Virus record (IMG/VR): IMGVR_UViG_3300010214_000037 | Location: 1-32,631 of that record | Length of the DNA stretch: 32,631 nt | Source: a virus | Lineage: Duplodnaviria > Caudoviricetes | Strand: one strand, 5' to 3' | In this document: one piece after another, positions 1 to 8,640 of the stretch | Layout of the letters: every line of letters begins with the position of its first letter | How positions within the stretch are numbered: the first letter of the stretch is position 1 | Made by a program: the position numbers and the translations under genes | The notes under the pieces: model-generated | Seen by the model: the letters and a program-made list of their open reading frames with translations, nothing else | What the model was told of the DNA's origin: nothing | Databases searched by the model: none

Positions 1-1275
1 ATGTATTTCGATGCGCGGAACGCCAAAGCACTTCAGCCTGGTCAGCATATTGTCGTCCAAGGCTGTCCGGGGTTGAGGCTCGAATCCTCGATCACCAGAA
101 AAACCTGGACATATCGCTACCGCAGCACTTTGGATCAGAAGTTGCGGCAAATCAAGATTGGTATATGGCCTGAGGTCTCTATATCTGATGCGATAGCTGA
201 GTGGAAAAAGCTCCAGGCGGCCAGAAACGAAGGGCGAGATCCGGCGATCGAGAAGAAAGTCAGTCGTGCTGCGCCGGTGAGTTCAGTGCCTGGTTCCTAC
301 ACCGTGGGTCAGATGGTTGAGGACTACAGCGTCAAGTATCTGCAAGTAAGTCGAGCGCCCAAAGGGGCACATCAGGTGACTCTGCGGCTGCGAAAGGCAG
401 TCGCGTCGATCGCTGTCTTGCCGGCGCACTCGGTGTCGCGTGGGGTGGTGTTCGAGCTTATCCGGGGGCTATCTGACAGACCGATGCTCGCCAGGTCGGT
501 CAAGTCCGAGATGGCAGCGGCCTGGAGATTGGCTCAGGAATCTGGTCGTGTGAGTGATGATTTGCCCAACTGGTGGGAGCAAAAGACCTCCTTGAAGCTT
601 CGTAGCAAGGGGGCAATGCGAGAAGGCAAGCACAAGGGGACGGACAAGCGGGTGTTGTCGGATCAAGAGATCAAGCTACTGGTGCTGGAGGATCTGCCGA
701 GATTTAGCCAGCAGGTGCGTGACTTCTTAGAGCTGCAGCTGTGGACGTGTACCCGAGGTATTGAGATATGCCGCATGCAGCGCAGTCAGATCAGCCAGGC
801 TCAGGATGGTCAATGGTGGTGGACCATCCCCAAGAGCGGAATGAAGACCCGGCACATTGAGTCTGCATATCACTTGAGGGTGCCCCTGTTTGGTAGAGCT
901 GAAAAGATCGTGCAGCGCCTGCTGGCTGAACATGGGGAGCTGTTATTCCCCTGTAAGGGGCGCGATGGGACGATCAAAGTCCAGCACCAGTCATACATGC
1001 AGTCCAAGGTGCATTACTTCCAGCCTTACAGCAATTCGCGTGATGACCATCAGCGGGAGCGACTGACGGTTACGCATTGGTCGCCCCATGACCTGAGGCG
1101 CACTGGACGCACTTTGCTAGCTTCTATGGGGTGCCCCCACGAGGTGGGGGAGGCTATTCTGGGGCACGTTCTTCCCGGCGTGGCCGGTGATTACAACCTC
1201 TACCACTACGATGCGGAGCGCATCGAGTGGCTGAGTGCTTTGAACGTCAAGCTGGAGGCTCTGATCGCCGCTTAG
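1..1275 (+). CDS. int: Tyrosine recombinase/integrase, P4-like with N-terminal arm-binding domain
   Basis: N-terminal 'GCPGLRLE..KTWTYRY..IKIGIWPEVSISDA' arm-binding pattern; catalytic motifs CTRGIE, HDLRRT, ILGH and GDYN. Confidence 0.96.
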   Translation: MYFDARNAKALQPGQHIVVQGCPGLRLESSITRKTWTYRYRSTLDQKLRQIKIGIWPEVSISDAIAEWKKLQAARNEGRDPAIEKKVSRAAPVSSVPGSYTVGQMVEDYSVKYLQVSRAPKGAHQVTLRLRKAVASIAVLPAHSVSRGVVFELIRGLSDRPMLARSVKSEMAAAWRLAQESGRVSDDLPNWWEQKTSLKLRSKGAMREGKHKGTDKRVLSDQEIKLLVLEDLPRFSQQVRDFLELQLWTCTRGIEICRMQRSQISQAQDGQWWWTIPKSGMKTRHIESAYHLRVPLFGRAEKIVQRLLAEHGELLFPCKGRDGTIKVQHQSYMQSKVHYFQPYSNSRDDHQRERLTVTHWSPHDLRRTGRTLLASMGCPHEVGEAILGHVLPGVAGDYNLYHYDAERIEWLSALNVKLEALIAA

Positions 1276-1504
1276 GTGCGCCTGTGTTCGGTGGGGGTAA
1301 CTGTTGAGAATGAGGCCGCTGCAGGAGCCAGGCTTCCAGCTCCGATCGAACCCAGGCCACGCGCCGGTCTGCCAGTTGCCTGGGTTTGGGGAGGCTTCCC
1401 TCCCTGACCAGCTTCTCAAAGGTCGACTCACTCAGGGACAGAAAAGGCGCAGCCTGTTCCTTTGCCAGGGCTGCGGGGAGCAGTGTTATGGTTACTTCAG
1501 CCAT
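1247..1504 (-). CDS. AlpA-family excisionase/recombination directionality factor (85 aa)
   Basis: 'AAPFLSLSESTFEKLVREGSLPKPRQLADRRVAWVRSELEAWL' is an AlpA wHTH pattern. ATG at 1504 overlaps the upstream stop; the gene overlaps the int 3' end convergently by 29 bp. Confidence 0.88.
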   Translation of the reverse strand: MAEVTITLLPAALAKEQAAPFLSLSESTFEKLVREGSLPKPRQLADRRVAWVRSELEAWLLQRPHSQQLPPPNTGAPKRRSEPPA

Positions 1505-1904
1505 GGCTGACTCCATCCTGTAGTACCCCGTTGGGGACATTGAAGAAATTGAGCTTGCCCTTCCAGGGAAGGAAGTCGATTGGCGAGCTGCTGTGCAAGA
1601 CAAAGCCCCAGGTGCCTTCTTGCTTCCACTTCGAGCTGGACTCTTGGACGCAGTCGGCCACATGCGTCCAGCCCACAAAGCCGCCGCGATGCAGATCCTC
1701 GTAGGCCGGGAGATCGGCGGGCAGCAGGCCTAGGCCGTCCAGCTCTTGCACGACCTGGTCGTAGTACTTGCGGGTCATGGTGAGGCCGGCGTGAATCAGC
1801 AGACGGCCACGAAAATTGGTGGGCCAGTCGCGGTTTTCAATGTCCTTGTGGCCGTTGACGATGAGCCAGGCCCACGGCTGGCGAATGCTCAGTGCGGGGA
1901 TCAT
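1497..1904 (-). CDS. ASCH domain protein
   Basis: Signature 'ALSIRQPWAWLIVNGHKDIENRDWPTNFRGRLLIHAG' and C-terminal 'PWKGKLNFF'. Confidence 0.92.
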   Translation of the reverse strand: MIPALSIRQPWAWLIVNGHKDIENRDWPTNFRGRLLIHAGLTMTRKYYDQVVQELDGLGLLPADLPAYEDLHRGGFVGWTHVADCVQESSSKWKQEGTWGFVLHSSSPIDFLPWKGKLNFFNVPNGVLQDGVSHG

Positions 1905-2113
1905 TGCTTCTCCTTTGCTTGCGCTGGCTTTTCTGCGAAACGCCTAGGGAACCAGTCGCAATAGGTGTCGGAGGGCGTGTGCCCAAAGATCGTGCAGCAC
2001 CTGCGCTCATGCACGCAGTGGCCGCAGGTCTTGCCTTCGGGTAACTCCATGCAGGTCTTTTCGCTGCACGCCTTGTCTGCGCAGCAGCCGTGGGAATGCT
2101 TTTGTGCGCTCAT
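1901..2113 (-). CDS. Small Cys/His-rich phage protein (possible metal binding)
   Basis: 70 aa with CGHCVHERRCC...YCDWFPRRF; 4-bp ATGA overlaps with both neighbours. Confidence 0.75.
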   Translation of the reverse strand: MSAQKHSHGCCADKACSEKTCMELPEGKTCGHCVHERRCCTIFGHTPSDTYCDWFPRRFAEKPAQAKEKQ

Positions 2114-2988
2114 GCTGCGTCTCCCCGCTGGGCGGCCATGGCGGCGTCAATGTAGTTGTCCACTTCGTTCTTTGCGTACTTCACGCCCGCGAATTCCTCG
2201 GGCACGGACAAGTAAAAATTGTGAGGGGGGACGCTGATGTCTCTAAGCCAGCGATAGCGCGCTGCATCACTTGCGTCTGCTGAAAAGATTGCGGCAAGCT
2301 CCGCTACATCTTTATCAGAGCATCCGCCGAGTCCCGTGTTTTGCGCGAACCAGGCGTCCACTGCTTCGATCAGTTCGCTAGACACTACTGGCGCGGCTGT
2401 TGCCTGGGTGGCGCAAAGTGCGGCGAGGACGTCAGGCTGACCGGCTCCGTTTCCAATGGGTTTGCCGGTGCGAAACATTTCTGCAAGCCAGCGCAAATGC
2501 CTGGGCGCGCTCTCCCAGCTTGGGTAGCACTTCACATGCTCTGGGTACTCGGCGTTGGTGCGATCTTGGGCATTAGCCAGAGCATCCATCACGCGCGCCG
2601 CAAGTTCCTGCCAGTCGCCAGGCGCTGCTGCGGCTATGGGGGCTGCTCGGGGCGCAATGTCTTCGCCGCGCGCCGTAAGGAATGCGCAGAAGTTGGCGAC
2701 GTCCACCGGATCGCCTTTTTCTACATGTTCGCGCAGCAGCTGCGACAGGTGTTCTGCTGAGCATTGGGTCTTGTCATTCCAGCCGCTGCGGCCCTTGCGC
2801 CGCGAAGCGGCCAGCTTGCTTCTCATGGCGTTTGAGAGGAGACGCAAGGCTTGGTTGTCGAGGTTTTCGGCCTGGATCTCGTCGTAACGGCTGCAGCGCT
2901 GGCGAAGGCCTTTGGCTACGTTGTCGTCGTCACCACAATCATTGATGCAGTCGCATTTGGGTAGCTTTTTGTTATCGGACATGCTCAT
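2110..2988 (-). CDS. Ead/Ea22-like mosaic early protein
   Basis: Start moved to the ATGA overlap at 2988 (GGAGG upstream; ATG at 2982 is an alternative). Contains 'KLAASRRKGRSGW...EHVEKGDPVDVANFCAFL' and the C-terminal 'DAARYRWLRD...IDAAM' module common in phage early proteins. Confidence 0.75.
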   Translation of the reverse strand: MSMSDNKKLPKCDCINDCGDDDNVAKGLRQRCSRYDEIQAENLDNQALRLLSNAMRSKLAASRRKGRSGWNDKTQCSAEHLSQLLREHVEKGDPVDVANFCAFLTARGEDIAPRAAPIAAAAPGDWQELAARVMDALANAQDRTNAEYPEHVKCYPSWESAPRHLRWLAEMFRTGKPIGNGAGQPDVLAALCATQATAAPVVSSELIEAVDAWFAQNTGLGGCSDKDVAELAAIFSADASDAARYRWLRDISVPPHNFYLSVPEEFAGVKYAKNEVDNYIDAAMAAQRGDAA

Positions 2989-3437
2989 GCCTCCTCTGCA
3001 AGGCGTTGCTGCTCTGCTTTGGCCCACTCGATAGCCAGGCTCCAGGCTTGCTCGATGGTCTCGGCGTAGATCCACTCCCGCACGCAGTAATCAAAGACAG
3101 GGTCGGTGTCGTCTTGACGCTCTGCAGGGGTGTGAAATTCGACGGCGTAGCCGTTGAAGCCGTGATCGCGCAGCGTGGCAAGGCAGGCACCGTTGTCATT
3201 TCGGTCAGATTCGTTAAGAGTGATCAGCGCCTCAACGAGTGGCGCAAGGCTGGGATGGGTATCGCCGTAGGCCCCGAGGACGTGATCAATGAGATCTGTG
3301 GCCTCCCCGAAAGAGTTGATGCCCGTAAGGGCGCAGCAGGCCAGGTCGATAATCCAGTTGGCACACACGCGGTGCTTGTTGGCGAGGGCAATACGATCCT
3401 TGCCGGTGAGGAGGGTGGATGTGCTTGTCATCGTCAT
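2985..3437 (-). CDS. Hypothetical phage protein (150 aa)
   Basis: Start MTMTSTS at an ATGA overlap with the upstream stop; its own stop overlaps the next start. Confidence 0.7.
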   Translation of the reverse strand: MTMTSTSTLLTGKDRIALANKHRVCANWIIDLACCALTGINSFGEATDLIDHVLGAYGDTHPSLAPLVEALITLNESDRNDNGACLATLRDHGFNGYAVEFHTPAERQDDTDPVFDYCVREWIYAETIEQAWSLAIEWAKAEQQRLAEEA

Positions 3438-3721
3438 TGCAGAGGGTCGGTTTCGGGGTTGCTGAAAAGCCCATCGGGGCGCGGCGTCTGGCCTGGCGGC
3501 ATAAGAACGGCAGGAAAGCCTCTGGTGCGTGCCCACGCGGCATGGGCAAGTGCCTGCTGCATGGGTTCCGCATGTCCGGGGCATCCAGTGCCGCCGTTTA
3601 TTTCCCAGTCGGTTTCGATGCCGTTGCCGCAGTTGGTGTCTATCCAGACAACAAATTTCATGGAGGCGGTGTCAGCGCGTTCCTGGTCAATCAGGCTGGT
3701 GCTAAGTAGGGTGCAGCTCAT
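3434..3721 (-). CDS. Hypothetical phage protein (95 aa)
   Basis: 4-bp overlaps on both sides within the leftward operon. Confidence 0.65.
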   Translation of the reverse strand: MSCTLLSTSLIDQERADTASMKFVVWIDTNCGNGIETDWEINGGTGCPGHAEPMQQALAHAAWARTRGFPAVLMPPGQTPRPDGLFSNPETDPLQ

Positions 3722-3963
3722 ACGATTGCCTCGTGGTTGGGGCAGTCGCTGGGCACGACGGCCAGCTCTACCAGGTCAGGGTTTGCGGATTTGAGGTGAC
3801 GCACGAAGTCGCTCGCCTGGTGCTCCTGGTCAAACATGGCGATGTCATCGCTTTGAATGTGGCCAGGGCGGATCTGCACGGGGTTGAGCAGCACTTCCCA
3901 GTGGCAGAGGTGATCGCGCTCGTAGTAGGGGCGGATAAAGCAGCTGGTGACGGTCTTAGGCAT
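3718..3963 (-). CDS. Hypothetical phage protein (81 aa)
   Basis: Overlaps the ParB stop by 8 bp, GGAGG upstream, protein-like composition. Confidence 0.7.
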   Translation of the reverse strand: MPKTVTSCFIRPYYERDHLCHWEVLLNPVQIRPGHIQSDDIAMFDQEHQASDFVRHLKSANPDLVELAVVPSDCPNHEAIV

Positions 3964-6127
3964 GCTGGGCCTCCGCTTCCTCTACGGCCTGCAGCTCGGT
4001 GTAGTCGGCGCTGATGACCCAGCGCTCGGTCATGTCGGTGGTCTGCGCATGGGGGTCTGCCGGCAGCTCGATCAGGAATGCGCGGTCGCCCATCTTTTGC
4101 TTGATGACTGCCAGGCGCTGGCGCGTGGGCAGCAAGGCCTTTTCAGGACCGCGCAGGTCGACCTTGATGCGGACGGTCTGGCCTGGCTCAAATTCAGTTG
4201 CTGCGATCGCCGCATCCGCTGCCTGCATGGCCTTGGCAATGGCTGCGCTGGCCTCCTGCTGCTTGACCTTAGCCGCACCCTTGCTGCCGGTGGGCTTGTT
4301 GGCCGGCTTGCCCGCGCGCTTTGCGGCTTCGGACTTCATCTCATCCTGCACTTCGGCCTGGATGGCTTCGATGTCGCAGTTGGACAGGTCGCGCAGCTCC
4401 TCGATGAGCGGGGCATCGCCTGGGTGGGCAGGGTCTTCCTTGAGGTCTGCCGTGCAGGCCAGCTGCAGCATGTAGCTGATCAGTTCTGGCAAATCTTGCT
4501 CGGCGGCGCTCTCTAGAGATTCTTGAAGTTCGTCATCGGCCCGAGTGGAATTCGGGGGGGTGTGAAAGATCATCATCAGGAACTGGCGCGAAACGCCTTC
4601 GGCCAGCTTCTTGAGGATGTGCAGCGCTGCGTGGCTGGGGATGTAGCTCAGTGACTCGGGCTTGCTGCAGTACAGGCCGTCAATCGTGGAGGCGACGGCT
4701 TCCTCACGCCAGCGGCGGGAGTACTCGGCCTCCAGCTCGGCCCTTGATGGCTCCGCTGCTGGCGGGGCCTTGTCTTTCTTGGCTGTCTTCTCGGGTTTGG
4801 CGGTAGCTGACTGGGCCTGCACTACTGCGCTTGCGGCATGCACGGGCACGGCCTCGGTGAAGCCGCCGCTGGGCGTCTCGATCAGTACGACGCGGCTGGC
4901 GGGGACGTCCTGGCCCAGTACCTGGCGCGTTTCGGCCTTGCTGCCCTGGCTGGCCTTGTCCAGTGCGATATAGCCGCGCATGGTGCCGGTCTCGGTCGGC
5001 ATGATGTCGCGCGCAGCCTTGCCGCTGATGATCTGGCGACCAGCCTGCACGGCCTCGGCTTTTACGTGGGCGAGCTGGGCCTCCTTTTTCTCCGCAAAAC
5101 AGGCTGTGTCGGTGCAGGAGTCGGGGACTTGCTTGTCCCACAAGTCTGGCGTTGCGCCGGTACGCTTGGGGCAGTTGGTGCAAGCGCCGGCCTTGGGGCA
5201 AAGCAGGGCATCCGCCAGGTCAAACGGAGCCTTGTCCAGCTGGGTCATGTAGTTGCGGCGGGCCAGATCCTCGGCGCTGCGAAGGCTCATGGTGCCGCCG
5301 TCAGGGCCGCCAGTCAGCACGCGCTCGGCAAACTCCTCCTGCATGGCGACGGTGGGGCGCTGCAGCACCAGCAGCGCGTGGCTGCGCGGCAGACGGCCTT
5401 CCTTAAGAGCCTGCATCGCTGTGTGGGGCAGCGACAGCAGGCGCAGGGTCTCGTAAACATGGGTGCGGCTCTTGCGGACTGCGTCTGCAGCGTCCTCACG
5501 GGTGAGCTGGAAGTCCTCGATCAGCATCTGCAGCTGTCGGGCCTCCTCGATCGGGTTGAGGTTTTGGCGGTGCAGGTTTTCAATCAGCTGCATCTGCAGG
5601 GCCAGCTGATTGTCGGCCTCTACCAGCAGATAGGGCACCGAGCGCAGGCCGGCAACGCGAGCGGCCACAAAGCGGCGCTCGCCGGCGATGATCTCGTATG
5701 CCGCCTTGCGGGTTTCGGGATTCTCGAAGGTGTCCTGCAGGCGCTCTGCCGGCAGCTTGCGCACGATGATGGGCTGCAGTATCCCGTAGGCCTTGATGGT
5801 CGCGGCCAGTGCGTGCAGCTCGTCGTCTTCCGCTACTGTTCGGTTGGTGCGGCTGGGGACGAACCTGTGCAGCTCGGCGCATGGCTGCTCGGGCGCGGCA
5901 TTGGACTCGGCCAGAGGCTCAGTGCTGTCGGCTTTGACCAGGCTGAAATCGGCCATGGGCAGATTGATCAGCGTGCCTTCGCAGTCGAGCTGGTACTGGC
6001 GACCGCTAGGGGTCTTGCCGATCACCTTGGCTTGCTGGCCGGCCTGGGGATGTGGCCGGCCCTTGCCGGTGGTGGCGTCGTCGTTGATGGTGACCAGGCG
6101 GTCGATCAGGGGGTCTTTGGTAGCCAT
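3956..6127 (-). CDS. parB: Large ParB/RepB/Spo0J-family protein (PRTRC-ParB-like Cys cluster)
   Basis: 'LAATIKAYGILQPIIVR', CTP-binding 'YEIIAGERR', 'IENLHRQNLNPIEEA', HTH 'LTREDAADAVRKSRTHV', and 'GACTNCPKRTG...CTDTACF'. Confidence 0.92.
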   Translation of the reverse strand: MATKDPLIDRLVTINDDATTGKGRPHPQAGQQAKVIGKTPSGRQYQLDCEGTLINLPMADFSLVKADSTEPLAESNAAPEQPCAELHRFVPSRTNRTVAEDDELHALAATIKAYGILQPIIVRKLPAERLQDTFENPETRKAAYEIIAGERRFVAARVAGLRSVPYLLVEADNQLALQMQLIENLHRQNLNPIEEARQLQMLIEDFQLTREDAADAVRKSRTHVYETLRLLSLPHTAMQALKEGRLPRSHALLVLQRPTVAMQEEFAERVLTGGPDGGTMSLRSAEDLARRNYMTQLDKAPFDLADALLCPKAGACTNCPKRTGATPDLWDKQVPDSCTDTACFAEKKEAQLAHVKAEAVQAGRQIISGKAARDIMPTETGTMRGYIALDKASQGSKAETRQVLGQDVPASRVVLIETPSGGFTEAVPVHAASAVVQAQSATAKPEKTAKKDKAPPAAEPSRAELEAEYSRRWREEAVASTIDGLYCSKPESLSYIPSHAALHILKKLAEGVSRQFLMMIFHTPPNSTRADDELQESLESAAEQDLPELISYMLQLACTADLKEDPAHPGDAPLIEELRDLSNCDIEAIQAEVQDEMKSEAAKRAGKPANKPTGSKGAAKVKQQEASAAIAKAMQAADAAIAATEFEPGQTVRIKVDLRGPEKALLPTRQRLAVIKQKMGDRAFLIELPADPHAQTTDMTERWVISADYTELQAVEEAEAQHA

Positions 6128-6348
6128 TATTTTTTCTCCTTGAGGGCGCGCACGGCTTCCGTTGCGGCTTTGCGGCGGGCGTCGACCTGGTCGGCGGGCA
6201 GGGCATCAAAGCGGGTGCAGCTGCTGTCGGCGCTGACATAGCGCCAGGCCAGGCGCTGGCGGCTGCAGTTGGCAAAGCCGTGCTGCACCATGCGTGCAGC
6301 GCTGCTGTCGGGCTGCCATTGGCTGCAGTTTTTGCAGGCGGTGGTCAT
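6127..6348 (-). CDS. Small Cys-containing hypothetical protein
   Basis: CKNC...C...C pattern; TAATG overlap with the parB start. Confidence 0.7.
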   Translation of the reverse strand: MTTACKNCSQWQPDSSAARMVQHGFANCSRQRLAWRYVSADSSCTRFDALPADQVDARRKAATEAVRALKEKK

Positions 6349-6632
6349 GACTGCGCGGCCTTGGGGAAGGTGCGTTCGCCCATCAGCACACTGGGGAGCT
6401 TTTGGGCGTCCATTGCGCCGGCACGGGGGCTTGCCATCAGCTCGCCGCCGCGATACGGCTCGCGGGTGGTGCCGTTGCTGATTCGGGAGGTGGCAACCTG
6501 CAGGCGCTCGTCCTGGCGGCGCATGTTCAAGGCTTTAGCCGTAGGCACAGGGTGGGCCAAAGAGTGGCGGCTGCGCTTGCTCGCGCCAAACTGGGCTTGC
6601 AGGTCGATGGGGTCGAGGTCAATGCGGGTCAT
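6345..6632 (-). CDS. Hypothetical phage protein (95 aa)
   Basis: ATGA overlaps on both sides. Confidence 0.7.
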   Translation of the reverse strand: MTRIDLDPIDLQAQFGASKRSRHSLAHPVPTAKALNMRRQDERLQVATSRISNGTTREPYRGGELMASPRAGAMDAQKLPSVLMGERTFPKAAQS

Positions 6633-6955
6633 GAGTCGATGTCCTTGCGCGAGGGCGTAGAGGGTTCAAAGGCAATGTGTTGGGCAATGCAGTCCAGGCG
6701 CTGGCGTGCAAAGCGGGGTTCGATGGCGTACAGCTCGGCCTGCTTGCCCTTGAGCTGGCGTGCCAGGCTGCTGGCCGCGTGAAGGCTGGCCTGGCTCTTG
6801 TTGGGGTAGGTGTGGATAGCTCGCACCAGCTGCTGGCCTGGTGCGGCCAGCTTGATTTCGAGCTGGGCATGGCCGCTGGTGGTGGTGCGGCAGATGCAGT
6901 CCGTCACGGTGCCCTTGATGCGCAGCTGCATACTGCTGTCGGTGGCTTGTTCCAT
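6629..6955 (-). CDS. Putative OB-fold single-stranded DNA-binding (SSB/PriB-like) protein
   Basis: Start at TAATG overlap (6955). 'LRIKGTV...RTTTSGHAQLEIKL...ASSLARQLKGKQAELY' resembles the SSB OB-fold pattern; function is tentative. Confidence 0.6.
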   Translation of the reverse strand: MEQATDSSMQLRIKGTVTDCICRTTTSGHAQLEIKLAAPGQQLVRAIHTYPNKSQASLHAASSLARQLKGKQAELYAIEPRFARQRLDCIAQHIAFEPSTPSRKDIDS

Positions 6956-7134
6956 TACTGGCACCCCCAGCGAACGCACAGGTACAGCGAGGCCAAGAAC
7001 GGGGCCGACATGGTCAGCGCCATGACCACCGCCAGGGCAACGGCCATGCCTGCCAGCACGCGGCGCTGCCGGCGCAGCTCCTGCGCATGCGCGGGGTCAT
7101 GGCGTGGGATATGGAGGGTGGGGCGGCTGCTCAT
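6955..7134 (-). CDS. Small single-pass membrane protein (59 aa)
   Basis: Basic patch RRQRR followed by hydrophobic 'VLAGMAVALAVVMALTMSAPFLASLYL'; coupled overlaps. Confidence 0.6.
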   Translation of the reverse strand: MSSRPTLHIPRHDPAHAQELRRQRRVLAGMAVALAVVMALTMSAPFLASLYLCVRWGCQ

Positions 7135-7265
7135 GGCTGCACCAGCAGGGCAGAAGCGGAGTGCACGCCAAAGATGCACTGCGCAATGAGGATGGCAACG
7201 CTGGCCGAGGTGTACTCGCCAAAGTAGCGGCGCTTGCCGACCTTGACCTGGTAGAGCTGGGTCAT
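7131..7265 (-). CDS. 44-aa small protein not in the ORF track (MTQLYQVKVGKRRYFGEYTSASVAILIAQCIFGVHSASALLVQP)
   Basis: Translated by hand; fills the gap exactly with ATGA overlaps at both ends and GGAGG upstream. Confidence 0.7.
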   Translation of the reverse strand: MTQLYQVKVGKRRYFGEYTSASVAILIAQCIFGVHSASALLVQP

Positions 7266-7900
7266 ACGGCCTCCAAAGCGGTGCTGCTGATGCTGTGGCG
7301 CATGAGCAGGTTTTTCAGAGCCAGGCTGCGCTCCAGGCGGTTGGAGTAGCTGAGCAGGTGATCGTCTTGCTGGCTGAGCTGCAGGTCGTGCTTGGGTTCG
7401 ATGACGAACCAGCGGCGGTCCGACTCGTTAAAGGGGTTGGCGGCACCCGTGAGAAACACCACATTCAGCTGGTTTGGGATGGTTTGTGGCTCTTGGTGCC
7501 GGTGGTTCAATTGAACCGATTGGCTGGTGATCAGGGTTTTGAGCTTTTCAGCTGTGGGCGGATTGGATCGGCTGCCGCGAAACAGGTCGAAACCGGCGTG
7601 ACTAACGCAAAGCAAGCGGGTTTCGGGGCGCAAAAATGAGAATTTGGCGCTCATGTTCTCTGCATACATCCACAGGCCGCTGTCGCCGTAGATCTCCGAA
7701 AGAATTGACGCCAGCAGCCAGTTGCCGCCTAACTGGCGCTCTGCAAGCAGCAGGCCTTGCTGCGATTTGTGGCCGGGTTTTTGGAGTGGGGCAGCCATCC
7801 AGGCCAGCAGCTGCTGCACCTTGGCTTCATCGTTATTGGCTAACTGGCGGATCAGCCCCATGACGGCGCTTTCATGAGGGGTGTGAGTGGTTGTAGTCAT
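7262..7900 (-). CDS. Degenerate paralog of the SF3/DUF5906-type helicase ATPase domain
   Basis: Aligns by eye with 12635-14302: WMAAPLQKPGHK/WLAYPLQHPGAK, LKTLITSQSVQLN/LKALITSPTVQIN, NVVFL/NIVFL, DRRWFV/DRRYLV. Walker A and B are lost. Confidence 0.85.
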   Translation of the reverse strand: MTTTTHTPHESAVMGLIRQLANNDEAKVQQLLAWMAAPLQKPGHKSQQGLLLAERQLGGNWLLASILSEIYGDSGLWMYAENMSAKFSFLRPETRLLCVSHAGFDLFRGSRSNPPTAEKLKTLITSQSVQLNHRHQEPQTIPNQLNVVFLTGAANPFNESDRRWFVIEPKHDLQLSQQDDHLLSYSNRLERSLALKNLLMRHSISSTALEAV

Positions 7901-7911
7901 GCAGGCCTCGC

Positions 7912-8640
7912 TTAATCGGCTGTGGTGGGGAGGGTGGGATCGGTGCCGGGTACAGGCGTCTGTACGTCGCTGCAGGCGGCGATGCTGGCGCGCTCTTGGC
8001 GCACGTCTTCAAGGGCGGATTTGGCGGTCTTGAGGACAGGAGGCAGGGAGAACTGGATTGGCCTGCCTGGCTCATGCCATTCGTTGGGGCGGATCAGGTT
8101 TTCCAGCTCGGCCAGGGTGAGCGTGGTGGTGGCAACGTTGTCGTCCAGGAAGGCCTTCCCATCCCACGCGGGCAGCGATTCGTACCACCAGATGCAGTCC
8201 ACGGCCTCGGCGTTGTCTGGGTGGCGCAGTTCGGCTATTTCGGCTTCGGTGCCGTAGATCAGGACTGGGCGTTCGTCATGCCATCCCAGGGATGACCACT
8301 TTGGAAACTCTTTGGCATCGCCGGGGCTCACGCGGACATAGTCGTCAGTGACATATGCAGACATGGCGTGCGTGCCATTCATCAGCCAGGCGCAGAAATG
8401 GCCTGGCTGGTTGATGCAGTGGCTCATCGCCACCAGGATGGCTGTCGCCTGCTCGGGGCTGGATACAGGGATGTCCTGCGGGCGCGTGCCGTGGTGGCCG
8501 CACTGCCATTCGTAGAAGCGCAGCACCAACTGCTGCGCTGCTTGGGACTCGGCGAGCCGGGCCAGTTTGTGCTGGGTCTCTTCCAGTACCTTGTCGAGCT
8601 TGGTCGTGTCGACCTGGGTGGTGAGTGGAGTGCTGCTCAT
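7912..8640 (-). CDS. Hypothetical phage protein (242 aa)
   Basis: Long ORF in the operon with an ATGA overlap upstream; no family recognised. Confidence 0.8.
   Translation of the reverse strand: MSSTPLTTQVDTTKLDKVLEETQHKLARLAESQAAQQLVLRFYEWQCGHHGTRPQDIPVSSPEQATAILVAMSHCINQPGHFCAWLMNGTHAMSAYVTDDYVRVSPGDAKEFPKWSSLGWHDERPVLIYGTEAEIAELRHPDNAEAVDCIWWYESLPAWDGKAFLDDNVATTTLTLAELENLIRPNEWHEPGRPIQFSLPPVLKTAKSALEDVRQERASIAACSDVQTPVPGTDPTLPTTAD
7950..7965. repeat. Dispersed 16-bp near-palindrome GTACAGGCGTCTGTAC, copy 1
   Basis: Identical copies at 17355-17370 and 25950-25965. Confidence 0.9.

Noticed and set aside
1-60. attL site or target tRNA
   Set aside because: The window starts at the integrase ATG, so the attachment site cannot be seen.
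3956-6127. Complete PRTRC or ParABS system
   Set aside because: No ThiF/E2/JAB partners and no ParA ATPase are in the window.
7950-7965. 16-bp motif as a LexA SOS box
   Set aside because: Half-sites are in the opposite arrangement (ACAG-N4-CTGT rather than CTGT-N8-ACAG) and the copies are intragenic, not at promoters.
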